Notes under the pieces: model-generated
Told to the model about the DNA's origin: nothing
What the model saw: the letters and a program-made list of their open reading frames with translations, nothing else
Databases searched by the model: none
Source of the DNA: Obrimoposthia wandeli
Lineage: Eukaryota
Direction: 5' to 3'
Length of the DNA stretch: 64,000 bases
Assembly (NCBI GenBank): GCA_977020255.1
Contig: CDROCS010003797.1
Location: forward strand, 186,001-250,000
Part shown: piece by piece, positions 30,431-43,300 of the stretch
How the letters are laid out: each line of letters begins with the position of its first letter
Numbering within the stretch: the first letter of the stretch is position 1
Translations under genes and position numbers: made by a program

Positions 30431-31510
30431 TTGAAAATTATTAACGCCCTTAAATTTTTCTTTCGTTCAGCTAGTTACGGCATCATGTTTGCTGTAGTGC
30501 TACTATTATTGGTACCTGAACTACGTGAAAAAAATATCCTTCCTTGGCAAGTATTTAACGCTTCCAATGAAAAACCTCAGCCATTATCTTATGCAAAAGC
30601 GGTGCGTTCGGCCGGCCCTGCCGTGGTTAATATTTACTCTGAAGACATTCAAGTTAACCCAACGTATGGTCGTCAGTCGCGAAAAGTGACTTTAGGCAGT
30701 GGCGTTATCATGCATAGTCAGGGCTATATATTAACCAACTACCACGTAGTGCAAAGTGCCGACTTAATTGTTGTGGTCTTACAGCGAGGTCAAGAGTTGC
30801 ACGCTGAGCTTATTGGCTATGATGTCTTAACTGATCTTGCGGTTTTAAAAGTACAAGCAAATAACTTACCCGTTATTCCACAAAACAATGCCCTAACAGC
30901 ACAAGTAGGCGATGTGGTACTCGCGATCGGTAATCCACTTAACTTAGGTCAAACCGTAACCCAAGGTATTGTCAGCGCGACAGGTCAAAGTGGCTTAAGT
31001 ACTAGCTACTTACAGTTCTTACAAATGGATGCAGCAATTAACGAGGGCAACTCTGGTGGTGCGCTTATAAACTCTAATGGCGAGTTAGTGGGTATTAACT
31101 CAAGAAAGTTTACTCAAGCAAATCCTAATTTAAATATTCAAGGCATATTTTTTGCTGTTCCTTATCAACTCGCACATACCATCATGCTTAAGATCATTGA
31201 ACATGGTAGAGTTATTCGTGGTTGGCTGGGTGTTGAAGCTAACGACTCGCTGAGCAGTCTTAAAGGCTTTGTTATTGGCGCTGTGACGCCCTATAGCCCC
31301 GCAATGAAAGCAGGTTTACAATCAGGCGATCTTGTTTATCAAATTGGCTCTATGCAATTACAAAATGCAAAACAAGGTTTAGATGTTGTCGCAGAAGCTG
31401 CACCGGGTAGCGTATTAGACTTTATGGTATCTCGCGATAATCAACAATTGATAATACCAGTGACTATTGCTGAAGTACCAAAATCGCTTGAGTCTTTACC
31501 CGAAAAGTAA
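30431..31510 (+). CDS. degS: Outer-membrane stress sensor protease DegS
   Basis: N-terminal TM, SYAKAVRSAGPAVVNIY, TNYHVV, DAAINEGNSGG, one PDZ; TTG start. Confidence 0.92.
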   Translation: MKIINALKFFFRSASYGIMFAVVLLLLVPELREKNILPWQVFNASNEKPQPLSYAKAVRSAGPAVVNIYSEDIQVNPTYGRQSRKVTLGSGVIMHSQGYILTNYHVVQSADLIVVVLQRGQELHAELIGYDVLTDLAVLKVQANNLPVIPQNNALTAQVGDVVLAIGNPLNLGQTVTQGIVSATGQSGLSTSYLQFLQMDAAINEGNSGGALINSNGELVGINSRKFTQANPNLNIQGIFFAVPYQLAHTIMLKIIEHGRVIRGWLGVEANDSLSSLKGFVIGAVTPYSPAMKAGLQSGDLVYQIGSMQLQNAKQGLDVVAEAAPGSVLDFMVSRDNQQLIIPVTIAEVPKSLESLPEK

Positions 31511-31522
31511 TATCTAGCCAGT

Positions 31523-31885
31523 TATACCCAAACCACTTGAATATGCAGTTTCAGAGCTAAGCTAGGAAATCAGGTCAAGGCGCAGCACGAAGACAATGGT
31601 TATTCTCGGTAATTGCTCCTGCATTACCCTAATGTCCTACATCCATGTAGGAACCTTATCAAGTGCTGCACAGCTTTTTTGCTCCAGGCAAAAGCTAAGT
31701 ACATACATCCGTGTATGCAACGCGGAGCTGGTTTTCTAGCTTAGCTCCCTTCGGGCAAGGCGATAAAGGGGCATCTCCGTCGTTATTGATTTCGACAATG
31801 GAACAACCATTCTCTTCAATCAATGCCTTGGAGCTACCCCTTTCTCGACTTGCACAATCCTGCATCTTCAAGTGGCTTGGGTATA
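31523..31885. mobile_element. ERIC/IRU-like non-autonomous MITE (363 bp)
   Basis: 26-bp TIRs TATACCCAA(A/G)CCACTTGAA(T/G)ATGCAG (24/26), TA termini, internal IR GAGCTAAGCTAG(G/A)AAA; no transposase. Confidence 0.8.
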
Positions 31886-31900
31886 TAAGGCTCTGAAACT

Positions 31901-31930
31901 AAAAATCCCAGCTAATTAGCTGGGATTTTT
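31901..31930. terminator. Bidirectional terminator after murA
   Basis: AAAAATCCCAGCTAATTAGCTGGGATTTTT, a perfect palindrome. Confidence 0.85.
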
Positions 31931-31946
31931 TGTGCTTGAAGTAAAA

Positions 31947-33236
<1,290 letters not shown>

Positions 33237-33506
33237 TTAAAGGGGTAAGTTAAACATTTTTTCACGTTGCCATACAGCAGTCGTGAATGTTTTAATAGAT
33301 ACCGCGTGAATTACGCCTTCGTTGATTATTGCTGCTAAAGGGGCGTAAATTGTTTGCTGCTTTTTCACTCGGCTCAATTCACCTAAAAAGTCTGCAACGG
33401 CAATAATTTTACATTGTGAACCATCAAATGACACATGAATCTCGTCTAATTCAACCGCATCGGTAATTAGTTTTTCTATATCTTTTACTTCCACTTTTTG
33501 CTCCAA
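33237..33506 (-). CDS. ibaG: BolA family protein IbaG
   Basis: SRVKKQQTIYAPL...IHAVSIK; lies between mlaB and murA. Confidence 0.85.
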   Translation of the reverse strand: MEQKVEVKDIEKLITDAVELDEIHVSFDGSQCKIIAVADFLGELSRVKKQQTIYAPLAAIINEGVIHAVSIKTFTTAVWQREKMFNLPL

Positions 33507-33518
33507 ATAGCGTGTAGA

Positions 33519-33815
33519 TTAGGTGTTTTCTATCGGCAGCATCGTATCAACTGCACTGAGTTTTGCCAACTTCAATAAATCATCAGGTAAATTCGCTAAA
33601 CTGATGTCGCAAGCATTAGCTGCTGCTAATTCGATTAATAATAAAATCCAGGCTAAGCCGGCAGTATCAATTTGATTAACTTTAGCCAAATCCAAAACAA
33701 TTTTTTTGCTATCGACTAGTTGACGATATTTTTTATCAAATGCTCGCGTTATTGTAGCACGCGTTAACGCACCACTAAAAATCGCTTTTTGCTCTACTCG
33801 CTGGACATCTATCAT
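33519..33815 (-). CDS. mlaB: STAS domain protein MlaB
   Basis: LDLAKVNQIDTAGLAWIL; operon position. Confidence 0.88.
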   Translation of the reverse strand: MIDVQRVEQKAIFSGALTRATITRAFDKKYRQLVDSKKIVLDLAKVNQIDTAGLAWILLLIELAAANACDISLANLPDDLLKLAKLSAVDTMLPIENT

Positions 33816-33896
33816 TGTAATCTACTAACAACCTTATAATACGCTATTTAATCGATACGATTATGGGTGATTTATACGCAATAAATCTGCGTTTAG

Positions 33897-34538
33897 TTAT
33901 TTAAAAACGATATTTCTTTTACTTTTTTCTTTTAGCATTTCAGTAACATGTGCCAAGCCTTTCTGACGAATCAAACTACTTAATTCAGCTTGCTTGCTAT
34001 CAAGTAAACTAATACCTTCAGCCACCATGTCATAAGCTTTCCAGTCGCCTGTTTTTTTATGCTTACGTACACGAAAAGAAATATTAATCGGTTCTCTGCC
34101 CGGTTCCATAACACTAGTGTCTACCGATACAACACGGTCTTTAGAAAAATCTTGTGCCGGTGCGAACTCTACTTTTTGGTTATTGTATAAGGTAAAAACT
34201 TGCGCATACGAAGTAATAAGATACTCACGAAAAGCAGGCACAAATTCAGCACGATCAGCTTTGTTGGTTTTTTTAAAGTTGCTGCCAATCACTTTATAAG
34301 CGGCATACTGGTAATTTACATAAGGCATTAGCTCTTCACGCACAATGTTCTTTAATAAATTAGGCTCAGCACGTATAGCTTTTTGCTCATTAGCAAAGCG
34401 CTTAAAGGTGATGTCAGCGACCGTTTTAATCATTTGGTATGGGTCTTTCTTATCAACATCCGCCGCAGCATTCGCCCATACAGATGAGAGTAAAAGCGTT
34501 AAACAAAAAGCTATTTTTTTCACTGTTTTATTGATCAT
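33897..34538 (-). CDS. mlaC: Periplasmic phospholipid-binding protein MlaC
   Basis: Signal peptide, WKAYDMVAEGISLL. Confidence 0.92.
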   Translation of the reverse strand: MINKTVKKIAFCLTLLLSSVWANAAADVDKKDPYQMIKTVADITFKRFANEQKAIRAEPNLLKNIVREELMPYVNYQYAAYKVIGSNFKKTNKADRAEFVPAFREYLITSYAQVFTLYNNQKVEFAPAQDFSKDRVVSVDTSVMEPGREPINISFRVRKHKKTGDWKAYDMVAEGISLLDSKQAELSSLIRQKGLAHVTEMLKEKSKRNIVFK

Positions 34539-34540
34539 AA

Positions 34541-35011
34541 TTAATCACCACTACCTTGACTAAACAGAAATTGCCCTATCAGCTCTTCTAAGATTAAGGC
34601 AGGTTTTGTATCTTCAATAAAATCACCTGGTTGCAATGTTTCAACTGACACATCGATAAAACCAGGTAACAAACCAATATATTGCTCACCAAGTAAGCCA
34701 GCGGTTAAAATTGATACTGACGTTGCTTCCGAGAAATTATTATATTCCGCATAAATATCTAATGTAACTAATGGTGTATAGTCTTCGCTATCTAGCGAAA
34801 TATCACTAACACGCCCTACCACTACACCACCAACTTTTATTGGAGAGCGAACTTTTAGGCCTCCAATGTTGTCAAATTTTGCGTACAATTGGTAAGTGTT
34901 ACCATTACCTGACATGCCACTATCAGCTACTTTTAGTGCTAACATCAACAATGCTGCAATACCGATAACTGCAAATAACCCAACCAATAACTCTACTTTT
35001 TTCGACACCAT
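34541..35011 (-). CDS. mlaD: MCE protein MlaD (start likely ATG 35011)
   Basis: FDNIGGLKVRSPIKVGGVVVGRV, TAGLLGEQYI. Confidence 0.95.
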   Translation of the reverse strand: MVSKKVELLVGLFAVIGIAALLMLALKVADSGMSGNGNTYQLYAKFDNIGGLKVRSPIKVGGVVVGRVSDISLDSEDYTPLVTLDIYAEYNNFSEATSVSILTAGLLGEQYIGLLPGFIDVSVETLQPGDFIEDTKPALILEELIGQFLFSQGSGD

Positions 35012-35074
35012 GTCTTCCACCAAATTTCAAAAAATTATTTAACTAACTAACCGCGATAACTTGTTTTACAAACA

Positions 35075-35851
35075 TTAGCTTGTGAACATTAAAGCCGTTA
35101 ATACAAAATCTAAACCTAAAACTAATAGCGATGATTGCACTACCGTTGACGTTGTTGCTCTACTAATACCTTCAGAGGTTGGTTCACAAGCATAACCCTT
35201 ATAAACCGCAATCCAAGTCACAACAAAAGCAAAAACTAAGCTTTTAATAATGCCGTTTAAGATGTCTTTTTCAAAAGACACTTGCGACTGCATTACTGAC
35301 CAAAACGTACCGCTATCAACGCCTAACCAATCAACGCCCACCAAATGTGCGCCTAAAATACCAACGGCTGAAAATATAGCCGCTAACAAAGGTAAACTGA
35401 TAAAGCCGGCCCAAAAACGAGGCGCTATAATACGTCGTAATGGATCTACCGCCATCATTTCTAGACTCGAGAGTTGCTCTGTCGCTTTCATCAAACCAAT
35501 TTCAGCTGTCAATGCAGAGCCTGCTCGACCTGCAAACAACAAAGCAGCAACCACGGGGCCTAATTCTCTTAATAGTGACAAAGCCACCATTGGGCCTAAA
35601 CTTGCCTCAGCGCCAAAGTCCACTAAAATAGTGTACCCCTGTAGAGCCAATACCATGCCGATAAACAGTCCAGAAACTAAAATAATAACTAAAGATAAGA
35701 CCCCAACTGAGTACAATTGGTTTAATAGCAAAGGAAACCCCTTGCGTGGGCTAGGCACGTGCAATAACGCCGATGCTAGCATCAATAATGCTCTACCTAA
35801 GCCTGACAATTGTTCAATAATGGTATGACCCAATATTTGCAGTTGCTTCAC
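35075..35851 (-). CDS. mlaE: ABC permease MlaE
   Basis: [26 protein letters not shown]. Confidence 0.96.
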   Translation of the reverse strand: MKQLQILGHTIIEQLSGLGRALLMLASALLHVPSPRKGFPLLLNQLYSVGVLSLVIILVSGLFIGMVLALQGYTILVDFGAEASLGPMVALSLLRELGPVVAALLFAGRAGSALTAEIGLMKATEQLSSLEMMAVDPLRRIIAPRFWAGFISLPLLAAIFSAVGILGAHLVGVDWLGVDSGTFWSVMQSQVSFEKDILNGIIKSLVFAFVVTWIAVYKGYACEPTSEGISRATTSTVVQSSLLVLGLDFVLTALMFTS

Positions 35852-36657
35852 TACTTAATACCTCGACCAATTAATTCTTCACGATATGACGCAGCAGGGT
35901 AATGAAATGCCACCGGACCATCAGCTTCACCTTGAACAAATTGCTGCACTAAAGGTGATGTGTGCGCGTAAATTTCTTCCGGTGTACCTTGACCAATAAT
36001 TTTTTGTTCGGCGATAATATAAATATAGTCCGCGATGCTCATCACTTCAGGCACATCATGAGATACAACCACAGACGTTAGGCCTAATGCTTGTCCTAAT
36101 TCTCGAATTAACCGCACAATAACACCCATAGAAATAGGATCTTGGCCTGCAAAAGGCTCATCGTAAAGAATAAGTTCGGGATCTAAGGCAATTGAACGAG
36201 CCAAAGCAGCACGACGTGCCATACCACCAGATAATTCACTTGGACGTAAATGCCTAGCTCCGCGCAAACCAACAGCCTCTAGCTTCATCAAGACCATTTT
36301 TTCAATAATATCTTCAGATAACTCAGTATGCTCGCGGATTGGAAAAGCGATATTGTCGTAAACGCTCATATCAGTAAACAAAGCGCCACTTTGAAACAAC
36401 ATACTCATACGCTTTCGCACTTCATATAAAGCACTACGGGATAATTGTGGAATGTCGTGCCCATCAAATAGAATTTGGCCTGACTCAGGTTTAATCTGAC
36501 CACCGATGAGACGTAGTAAGGTCGTTTTCCCGATACCACTAGGACCCATTATTGCCGTTATTTTACCTTTAGGGATAGACAAACTGATGCCATCATAAAT
36601 GACACGTTCATCACGCTTAAAAGTCATGTTTTTGATATCAACTAAAATTTCGGACAT
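35851..36657 (-). CDS. mlaF: ABC ATPase MlaF (start likely MSEILV at 36657)
   Basis: [26 protein letters not shown]. Confidence 0.96.
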   Translation of the reverse strand: MSEILVDIKNMTFKRDERVIYDGISLSIPKGKITAIMGPSGIGKTTLLRLIGGQIKPESGQILFDGHDIPQLSRSALYEVRKRMSMLFQSGALFTDMSVYDNIAFPIREHTELSEDIIEKMVLMKLEAVGLRGARHLRPSELSGGMARRAALARSIALDPELILYDEPFAGQDPISMGVIVRLIRELGQALGLTSVVVSHDVPEVMSIADYIYIIAEQKIIGQGTPEEIYAHTSPLVQQFVQGEADGPVAFHYPAASYREELIGRGIK

Positions 36658-37063
36658 AGCGTTTGGGATAACATCACTGTTTATTATTGTCTTATAAGGC
36701 GGAATTCTACCGCAGCGCAACACCTCAGTCATCACAAATTAGCAAATATTTGGTAGTAAAAGGGTAAGTAAAAGTATGTAATTGTAATTAAATGTAAGAA
36801 AGGCTTCGTAAATGCTAGTTTTAGGGCTGTCGAACTTTCGCGCTAAGCTTGTACACACAAGCCTAAGCTTTATTTTGACGACTTTATGCTGATTCTACGT
36901 GCCAATAATATCAGAAAAAGTTTATAATACATTTTGCACAGCATATTGTTGGCAAAATGAGTATTAATTAGGTGTCATCGGTTATCATCATTGGTTTATA
37001 ATTCCTCTTTTATTTCATCATTCGCACAAAAATACTATTTACCTAGCCAAACAGGAGCTTTGA

Positions 37064-38044
37064 ATGTTAATCCAAATTTTGATCTTATTACTTTCACTAA
37101 TTATTTTAGTGTGGAGTGCAGACAAATTTGTATTTGGTGCCTCGGCATTAGCACGTAATCTTGGTATTTCTCCAATGATTATTGGTTTAACCATCGTAGC
37201 AATGGGCTCTTCAGCCCCCGAAATGATGATAGCAGCAACCGCCTCTTTACAAGGTAATGTAGACACAGCGGTTGGCAATGCCATTGGTTCAAATATCACT
37301 AACATTGCACTAGTGTTAGGTATAACTGCATTATTTCATCCGTTATCGGTGTCTTCTTCTACGATTAAACGTGAAATTCCCCTTATTCTCATTGTTACTG
37401 CGATTGCTACCTACATGTTAGCGAACAGCAATTTTAGTTTTAATGAAGGTCTAATCTTAATCATAGGTTTTGTGCTTTATATCAGCACGCTATTATTAGT
37501 CACGTTAAAGCGCTCAAAACAAAACCCTATTGACGATAAAATGGTTTTAGAGGCAGAACAAGATGTTCCTGATGGGGTCAGTACCAAGCACTCCGTTATT
37601 TGGTTAATTGTTGGCATGATACTACTGCCCGTCAGTGCCAGCTTTTTGGTTGACTCATCCGTATTTATTGCTAAAGCTTTTGGTATTAGTGATTTGGTTA
37701 TTGGCTTAACGGTAATTGCCGTCGGTACTAGCTTGCCTGAATTAGCCGCCAGTATTATGAGTATAATCAAAAAAGAAGATGATTTAGCCTTAGGTAATAT
37801 CATTGGGTCAAATATATTTAATATTCTGGCGGTACTGTCATTAGCGGGGCTAATTGCACCCGGTGATATAGATAACGCTGCCGCAGTACGAGATGCACCG
37901 TTTATGCTAGCAACCACCTTCTTGTTGTTTTTACTTTGCTTTAGTCGTAGTGGAAAATTTCGCATCACTCGTGCGAAAGGGGTACTATTATTAGCGGTAT
38001 TTATTGGCTATCAAGTATTACTTTTCAGTCAAATCAACGGGTAA
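37064..38044 (+). CDS. yrbG: Calcium/sodium antiporter YrbG
   Basis: Alpha repeats GSSAPE...GSNITN and GTSLPE...GSNIFN. Confidence 0.92.
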   Translation: MLIQILILLLSLIILVWSADKFVFGASALARNLGISPMIIGLTIVAMGSSAPEMMIAATASLQGNVDTAVGNAIGSNITNIALVLGITALFHPLSVSSSTIKREIPLILIVTAIATYMLANSNFSFNEGLILIIGFVLYISTLLLVTLKRSKQNPIDDKMVLEAEQDVPDGVSTKHSVIWLIVGMILLPVSASFLVDSSVFIAKAFGISDLVIGLTVIAVGTSLPELAASIMSIIKKEDDLALGNIIGSNIFNILAVLSLAGLIAPGDIDNAAAVRDAPFMLATTFLLFLLCFSRSGKFRITRAKGVLLLAVFIGYQVLLFSQING

Positions 38045-38060
38045 TTATTGGTCTATCGTC

Positions 38061-39026
38061 ATGAAAAACTTTAAACAATTAGCATTAAATGTAATTAACA
38101 TTGAGCAACAAGCTATTGCTGAATTATCGCAATTTATTGATGATGATTTTGTAAAAGCCTGTGAGCTGATGTTTCATTGCCAGGGCCGTGTCATCGTGAT
38201 TGGCATGGGAAAGTCTGGCCATATTGGTGGCAAAATTGCCGCAACATTAGCAAGTACCGGAACACCATCATTTTTTGTTCACCCTGGTGAAGCAAGTCAT
38301 GGAGATCTCGGTATGGTCACCGCAGCCGATATTGTCCTGACTATTTCTAATTCTGGCGAAACTGGCGAAGTACTCGCCATTATTCCGGTACTCAAGCGTA
38401 TTGGTGCAAAAATTATTGCCATGACAGGCAACCCGGACTCTACATTAGCTAAATTGGGCGACACCCATGTTTGTGTCAAAGTATCGCAAGAAGCCTGTCC
38501 TCTTGGCTTAGCACCAACATCGAGCACCACAGCAACATTAGTCATGGGCGATGCACTAGCGGTTGCTTTGCTAAACGCACGCGGCTTTACTGCTGACGAC
38601 TTTGCTTTATCACACCCGGGTGGCAGTCTAGGAAAAAGATTATTACTGCGTCTTACCGATATTATGCATAAAGGTGAGCGTTTACCGAGTGTTCGAGAAG
38701 CAGCTAAAATAAAAGACGCCTTAGTAGAAATGTCACTTAAAGGTTTAGGCATGACCGCCGTTGTTGACGCAAACAACCAGCTTATGGGTCTATTTACTGA
38801 TGGTGATTTACGCCGAATATTAGATGCGCAGGTAGACATCCACCAAGACAGCATTACCAGTGTCATGACTAAAAATCCTTATGTGGCAACACAAGATATG
38901 CTAGCCGCTGAAGCGCTTAAAATCATGGAAGACAAAAAAATTAATGGCCTCATTATTGTTAATGATAAAAACCAACCTATTGGTGCGATGAATATGCATG
39001 ACTTACTAAAATCTGGAGTGCTATAA
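38061..39026 (+). CDS. kdsD: Arabinose-5-phosphate isomerase KdsD (start likely ATG 38061)
   Basis: GMGKSGHIG, HPGEASHGDLG, LAPTSSTTA, CBS pair. Confidence 0.95.
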   Translation: MKNFKQLALNVINIEQQAIAELSQFIDDDFVKACELMFHCQGRVIVIGMGKSGHIGGKIAATLASTGTPSFFVHPGEASHGDLGMVTAADIVLTISNSGETGEVLAIIPVLKRIGAKIIAMTGNPDSTLAKLGDTHVCVKVSQEACPLGLAPTSSTTATLVMGDALAVALLNARGFTADDFALSHPGGSLGKRLLLRLTDIMHKGERLPSVREAAKIKDALVEMSLKGLGMTAVVDANNQLMGLFTDGDLRRILDAQVDIHQDSITSVMTKNPYVATQDMLAAEALKIMEDKKINGLIIVNDKNQPIGAMNMHDLLKSGVL

Positions 39027-39027
39027 C

Positions 39028-39573
39028 ATGAACAGCTTGTATGGGGAAGTTCAGCCAAATATTTGGCAAAAAGCGCAAAAAATTAAATTATTTGTCTGTG
39101 ATATTGACGGTGTTTTCTCAGATGGACGTATTTACCTAGGTAATAACGGTGAAGAATTAAAAGCTTTTCACACCAAAGATGGCTATGGTATTAAAGCGTT
39201 AGGTGCAAATGGCGTTGATGTCGCCGTGATCACAGGCAGAAAATCCGCAATTGTACAAACACGTATGACCGCATTAAACGTTAAACACATAGTGCAAGGT
39301 GAAGAAAACAAGTTGCCCGCATTAAAAGCCATGATAGCCGCATTGCAGTTAGCACCAGAGCAAGTCGCTTATATTGGAGATGACATGCCTGACTTTGATT
39401 GTCTGAACTATGTAGGTTTAAGCATCGCAGTTAATGACGCGCATCCGGCGATACTACAATTGTGTGATTATGTTACTTATACGCGTGGTGGCTTTGGTGC
39501 CGTGCGTGAAACTTGCGATTTAATCATGCAAAGTCAACATACCTTAGTTAATGCCACAGGTGCTAGTATATGA
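39028..39573 (+). CDS. kdsC: KDO 8-phosphate phosphatase
   Basis: CDIDGVFSDG, YIGDD, GGFGAVRE. Confidence 0.95.
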   Translation: MNSLYGEVQPNIWQKAQKIKLFVCDIDGVFSDGRIYLGNNGEELKAFHTKDGYGIKALGANGVDVAVITGRKSAIVQTRMTALNVKHIVQGEENKLPALKAMIAALQLAPEQVAYIGDDMPDFDCLNYVGLSIAVNDAHPAILQLCDYVTYTRGGFGAVRETCDLIMQSQHTLVNATGASI

Positions 39574-40136
39574 GTCGAATATCTCTTGCCACCCTCATCC
39601 TATTTATCATTGCCGTAAGTACCTATGGCATACTTGAATGGTATGGCGCACAAGAAGAAACGACTGATATACTTGAGCGTACTGATAACCCTGAATTTAT
39701 TGCTGAAAATCTTAACAGTGATGTTTACAATGCATCAGGAGTATTAGCCTATAATGTTGAAGCACAACGCATGGAACATTATGAGAAGTTAGAGGTCACA
39801 CACTTTGAGTACCCTAGATACACCTTGTATCCAAAAAATGATAAACCCACTTGGCAGATAACCGCCAATGAAGGCACGTTATACGATAACAACCGAGTAA
39901 AATTAGAAAATCGCGTACGCTTAATCGCCACTGATAAAGAAAGTTTAATACAGGAAGTACATGGAAAAAATCTAGAAATGGACTTGAAAACTAATATTAT
40001 CAGCTCAGAGCAGACTATCTTAATATTAGGTAAAGGATTTACTATGTATGGCTCAGGATTAATTGTAGACTTAAACACAACACAGATGACATTGACCGAA
40101 CATGTACAGACCATTTATAAAAAAACTAAAAACTAA
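39570..40136 (+). CDS. lptC: LPS export protein LptC
   Basis: N-terminal TM, beta-jellyroll pattern, operon position. Confidence 0.9.
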   Translation: MSRISLATLILFIIAVSTYGILEWYGAQEETTDILERTDNPEFIAENLNSDVYNASGVLAYNVEAQRMEHYEKLEVTHFEYPRYTLYPKNDKPTWQITANEGTLYDNNRVKLENRVRLIATDKESLIQEVHGKNLEMDLKTNIISSEQTILILGKGFTMYGSGLIVDLNTTQMTLTEHVQTIYKKTKN

Positions 40137-40647
40137 ATTTACCTGCTTAGCTGCCGTACTACTATTAATACCTGCGGCTAGTGCTGAAAAATTCGATGTT
40201 GAACAAGAAATTAAAATTTCTTCTTCGCGCCAAGCTGCCGATCTTAAAAACAAAATATTCAGCTATATTGATAATGTTATTATCACGCAAGGCACACTGA
40301 AGATACACGCTGAATTAGTCCAGGTTATCACCCAAGAAGAAAGCGATAATAAAATTTATATTGCTAAGGGATCCCCTGCGACATTTGAACAAATATTACA
40401 AGACGGCAGTCCAATCAACCTGCAAGCTAATGAAATTAGATATGAGCCAGGTCTTAGCACGGTTGTTATTGCTGGTAATGCACTACTGCGCCAAGAAGGT
40501 AGTGAAGTGAGCGGCAGCAAAATCACTTATAATTTCGATACCGAATACGTCAATGCTGAAAGCTTAGAAAATGCTAAAGTTGAAACGGTATTACAGCCGA
40601 AAAACAAAACTGAAACACCTAAAAAAGCCAAGGATAAGCCAGAGTAA
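40102..40647 (+). CDS. lptA: LPS transport periplasmic protein LptA
   Basis: Signal peptide, NVIITQGTLKIHA, GSPATF, GSKITY. Confidence 0.92.
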   Translation: MYRPFIKKLKTKFTCLAAVLLLIPAASAEKFDVEQEIKISSSRQAADLKNKIFSYIDNVIITQGTLKIHAELVQVITQEESDNKIYIAKGSPATFEQILQDGSPINLQANEIRYEPGLSTVVIAGNALLRQEGSEVSGSKITYNFDTEYVNAESLENAKVETVLQPKNKTETPKKAKDKPE

Positions 40648-41379
40648 ATGCCAACTTCAACATTATCAGCAATAGGCCTAGCCAAAGCTTACAAAGGCAG
40701 AAAAGTCGTAAAAAACGTCAGTATGAAAGTCTCAGCAGGACAAATTGTCGGCTTACTCGGTCCAAATGGCGCAGGTAAAACCACCTCTTTTTATATGATT
40801 GTCGGTTTAGTAAATAACGACAGTGGTTCTATTGTACTAAATGATGAAGACATCACCCTGCTGCCCATGCATGAACGTGCACGAAAAGGTATCGGTTACT
40901 TACCACAAGAAGCCTCTATTTTTAGAAAATTATCGGTTTATGACAACATCATGGCCATTTTACAAACACGTAAATTACTCAGCGATGTTGAGCGAGAAGA
41001 AAAACTTGAGCACTTGCTTGAAGAGTTTAATATTAGCCATATAAAAGACAATTTAGGCATGAGTTTATCAGGCGGTGAGCGCCGTCGTGTTGAGATAGCA
41101 CGTGCATTAGCAGCAGACCCTAAATTTATTTTATTGGATGAACCCTTTGCTGGTGTTGATCCAATTTCAGTAGGTGATATCAAAAAAATTATCCTACACT
41201 TAAAAGAGCGTGGCATCGGCATTTTGATCACAGATCACAACGTACGAGAAACGCTCGATGTTTGTGAGCATGCCTACATTGTTAGCCACGGCGAGCTTAT
41301 TGCAGAAGGTAATTCTACTCAAATTCTTGCAAATCAGCATGTAAGAGATGTATACCTTGGCGAACAATTCACGCTATAG
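40648..41379 (+). CDS. lptB: LPS export ATPase LptB
   Basis: [33 protein letters not shown]. Confidence 0.97.
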   Translation: MPTSTLSAIGLAKAYKGRKVVKNVSMKVSAGQIVGLLGPNGAGKTTSFYMIVGLVNNDSGSIVLNDEDITLLPMHERARKGIGYLPQEASIFRKLSVYDNIMAILQTRKLLSDVEREEKLEHLLEEFNISHIKDNLGMSLSGGERRRVEIARALAADPKFILLDEPFAGVDPISVGDIKKIILHLKERGIGILITDHNVRETLDVCEHAYIVSHGELIAEGNSTQILANQHVRDVYLGEQFTL

Positions 41380-41439
41380 TGAATAACATACCATAGCGGC
41401 ACAATAATAATGTCTTTGAACAGGGAAAAGAAAAAGTAA

Positions 41440-42948
41440 ATGCGCCCTACACTTCAACTCCGTATCGGACAACAGCTAACGATGACCCCGCAATTGCAGC
41501 AGGCCATTAAACTGTTGCAATTATCTACCTTAGATCTCCAACAAGAAATTCAAGAAGCACTTGAAAGTAATCCTTTACTGGAAATTGATGAAAGCTCCGA
41601 TAACACCTCAGAAAGCACGCCTGATCATTTAGAAGAGGCGTTTTCAGCAAGTGCAAATGAAAATTCAGACATGGCCTCCTCAGATGGCACTGAAGATTCG
41701 ACACCGACTATTGACGAAATTAGTTCATCAGAAGGTTTAGCAAAAACAGATATCCCCGAAGAACTCAACAGTGATAGCACTTGGGACGACAATTTTAGTG
41801 CCGGAGCAAGTAGCGGTGGTGTTGGACCTGCTTCAGAAGATTATACTTACCAAGGTGAAACAAAAGACTCATTGCAAGACCATCTTATTTGGCAAATGGA
41901 GTTAACTCCCTTTAGTGATACTGATAAAACCATTGCGATAGCGATTATCGAAGCTGTTGATGAAGCTGGTTATTTAACGGTATCTGCCGATGAAATATTA
42001 GAAAGTGTTGGCATTGAAGGTGTCGAGCTTGATGAAATTGAAGTTGTATTAAAGCGCATTAACATGTTCGATCCTGTTGGTGTCGCCGCGCGCTCAATTC
42101 CTGAATGCTTATTGATCCAACTTAATCAGTTTGCCAAAGAAACACCATGGCTAGCGGAGAGTAAATTAGCCGTAACCGACTATATTGATCTGCTTGGCAA
42201 TCGTGATTATCGTCAATTGATGCGTAAGTTACGCTTAAAAGAAGATCAACTGCGTGAAGTGATTCGCCTAATACAAACCTTAGATCCTCGCCCTGGCGAT
42301 AGTGTAATTAAAAGCGAAGAGCAGTATGTTATTCCAGACGTATCGGTTGAAAAGAAAAACGGCCGCTGGGTGGTAGAGCTTAACCCTGACACTGCACCTA
42401 AATTATCCGTCAATCAGCAATACGCCGCTATGTCGAGAACAATGAAATCATCTACTGATAGCCAATTTATCCGTTCTAATTTGCAAGAAGCTAAATGGTT
42501 TATTAAAAGTTTAGAAAGCCGAAATGACACACTATTAAAAGTGTCAAACTGTATTGTACAACGCCAGCAAGGCTTTTTCGAACACGGCCCTGAAGCCATG
42601 CGACCTATGGTATTGAATGATATCGCCGAAGCCGTAGATATGCATGAATCAACTATTTCCCGTGTCACTACACAAAAATACATGCACACCCCAAGAGGCA
42701 TTTACGAACTTAAATATTTTTTCTCCAGTCATGTGAGTACCGAAAATGGTGGTGAGTGTTCATCTACCGCCATCAGAGAATTAATTAAAAAGCTTGTCGC
42801 CGCCGAGATACCTGCTAAGCCACTTAGCGACAGTAAAATGGCCGATATATTAGCAGAACAAGGCATTAAAGTAGCAAGACGTACGATCGCTAAGTATCGA
42901 GAGTCGCTCTCTATACCGCCATCAAATCAACGTAAGAGCCTATTATAG
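41440..42948 (+). CDS. rpoN: RNA polymerase sigma-54 factor
   Basis: [24 protein letters not shown], RpoN box [10 protein letters not shown]. Confidence 0.98.
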   Translation: MRPTLQLRIGQQLTMTPQLQQAIKLLQLSTLDLQQEIQEALESNPLLEIDESSDNTSESTPDHLEEAFSASANENSDMASSDGTEDSTPTIDEISSSEGLAKTDIPEELNSDSTWDDNFSAGASSGGVGPASEDYTYQGETKDSLQDHLIWQMELTPFSDTDKTIAIAIIEAVDEAGYLTVSADEILESVGIEGVELDEIEVVLKRINMFDPVGVAARSIPECLLIQLNQFAKETPWLAESKLAVTDYIDLLGNRDYRQLMRKLRLKEDQLREVIRLIQTLDPRPGDSVIKSEEQYVIPDVSVEKKNGRWVVELNPDTAPKLSVNQQYAAMSRTMKSSTDSQFIRSNLQEAKWFIKSLESRNDTLLKVSNCIVQRQQGFFEHGPEAMRPMVLNDIAEAVDMHESTISRVTTQKYMHTPRGIYELKYFFSSHVSTENGGECSSTAIRELIKKLVAAEIPAKPLSDSKMADILAEQGIKVARRTIAKYRESLSIPPSNQRKSLL

Positions 42949-42983
42949 GTTAGCTTATTCACCCGAAAAAAGGATTGAAGCAT

Positions 42984-43271
42984 ATGCAAATTAATCTTAC
43001 CGGACACCATGTCGATGTTACCGATTCATTACGTGACTATGTTAATGGAAAATTTGAAAAGCTAGAACGCCATTTTGATCATATCAATAATGTGCACGTG
43101 GTCTTAACGATAGAAAAATTGAATCAAATTGCTGAATCAACGGTCCATTTAAGTGGCACAGAAGTTCATGCTAGAGCAGAAAATAGTGATATGTATGCAT
43201 CGATTGATGCATTAATTGACAAGCTAGATCGCCAAATACTGAAATACAAAGGCAAAATTAGCCACCATTAA
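42984..43271 (+). CDS. hpf: Ribosome hibernation promoting factor (start likely ATG 42984)
   Basis: MQINLTGHHVDVTDSLRDYV, DMYASID, KLDRQ. Confidence 0.93.
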   Translation: MQINLTGHHVDVTDSLRDYVNGKFEKLERHFDHINNVHVVLTIEKLNQIAESTVHLSGTEVHARAENSDMYASIDALIDKLDRQILKYKGKISHH

Positions 43272-43300
43272 TACCCCGTCATATTAGGTCGTAGAAGTTT

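Noticed and set aside
31711-31896. 61-aa ORF inside the MITE
   Set aside because: It lies within a non-coding repeat, shows no transposase motif and crosses the TIR
36778-36798. GTAATTAAATGTAA as an ArcA box between mlaF and yrbG
   Set aside because: AT-rich matches arise by chance and cannot be scored without a matrix
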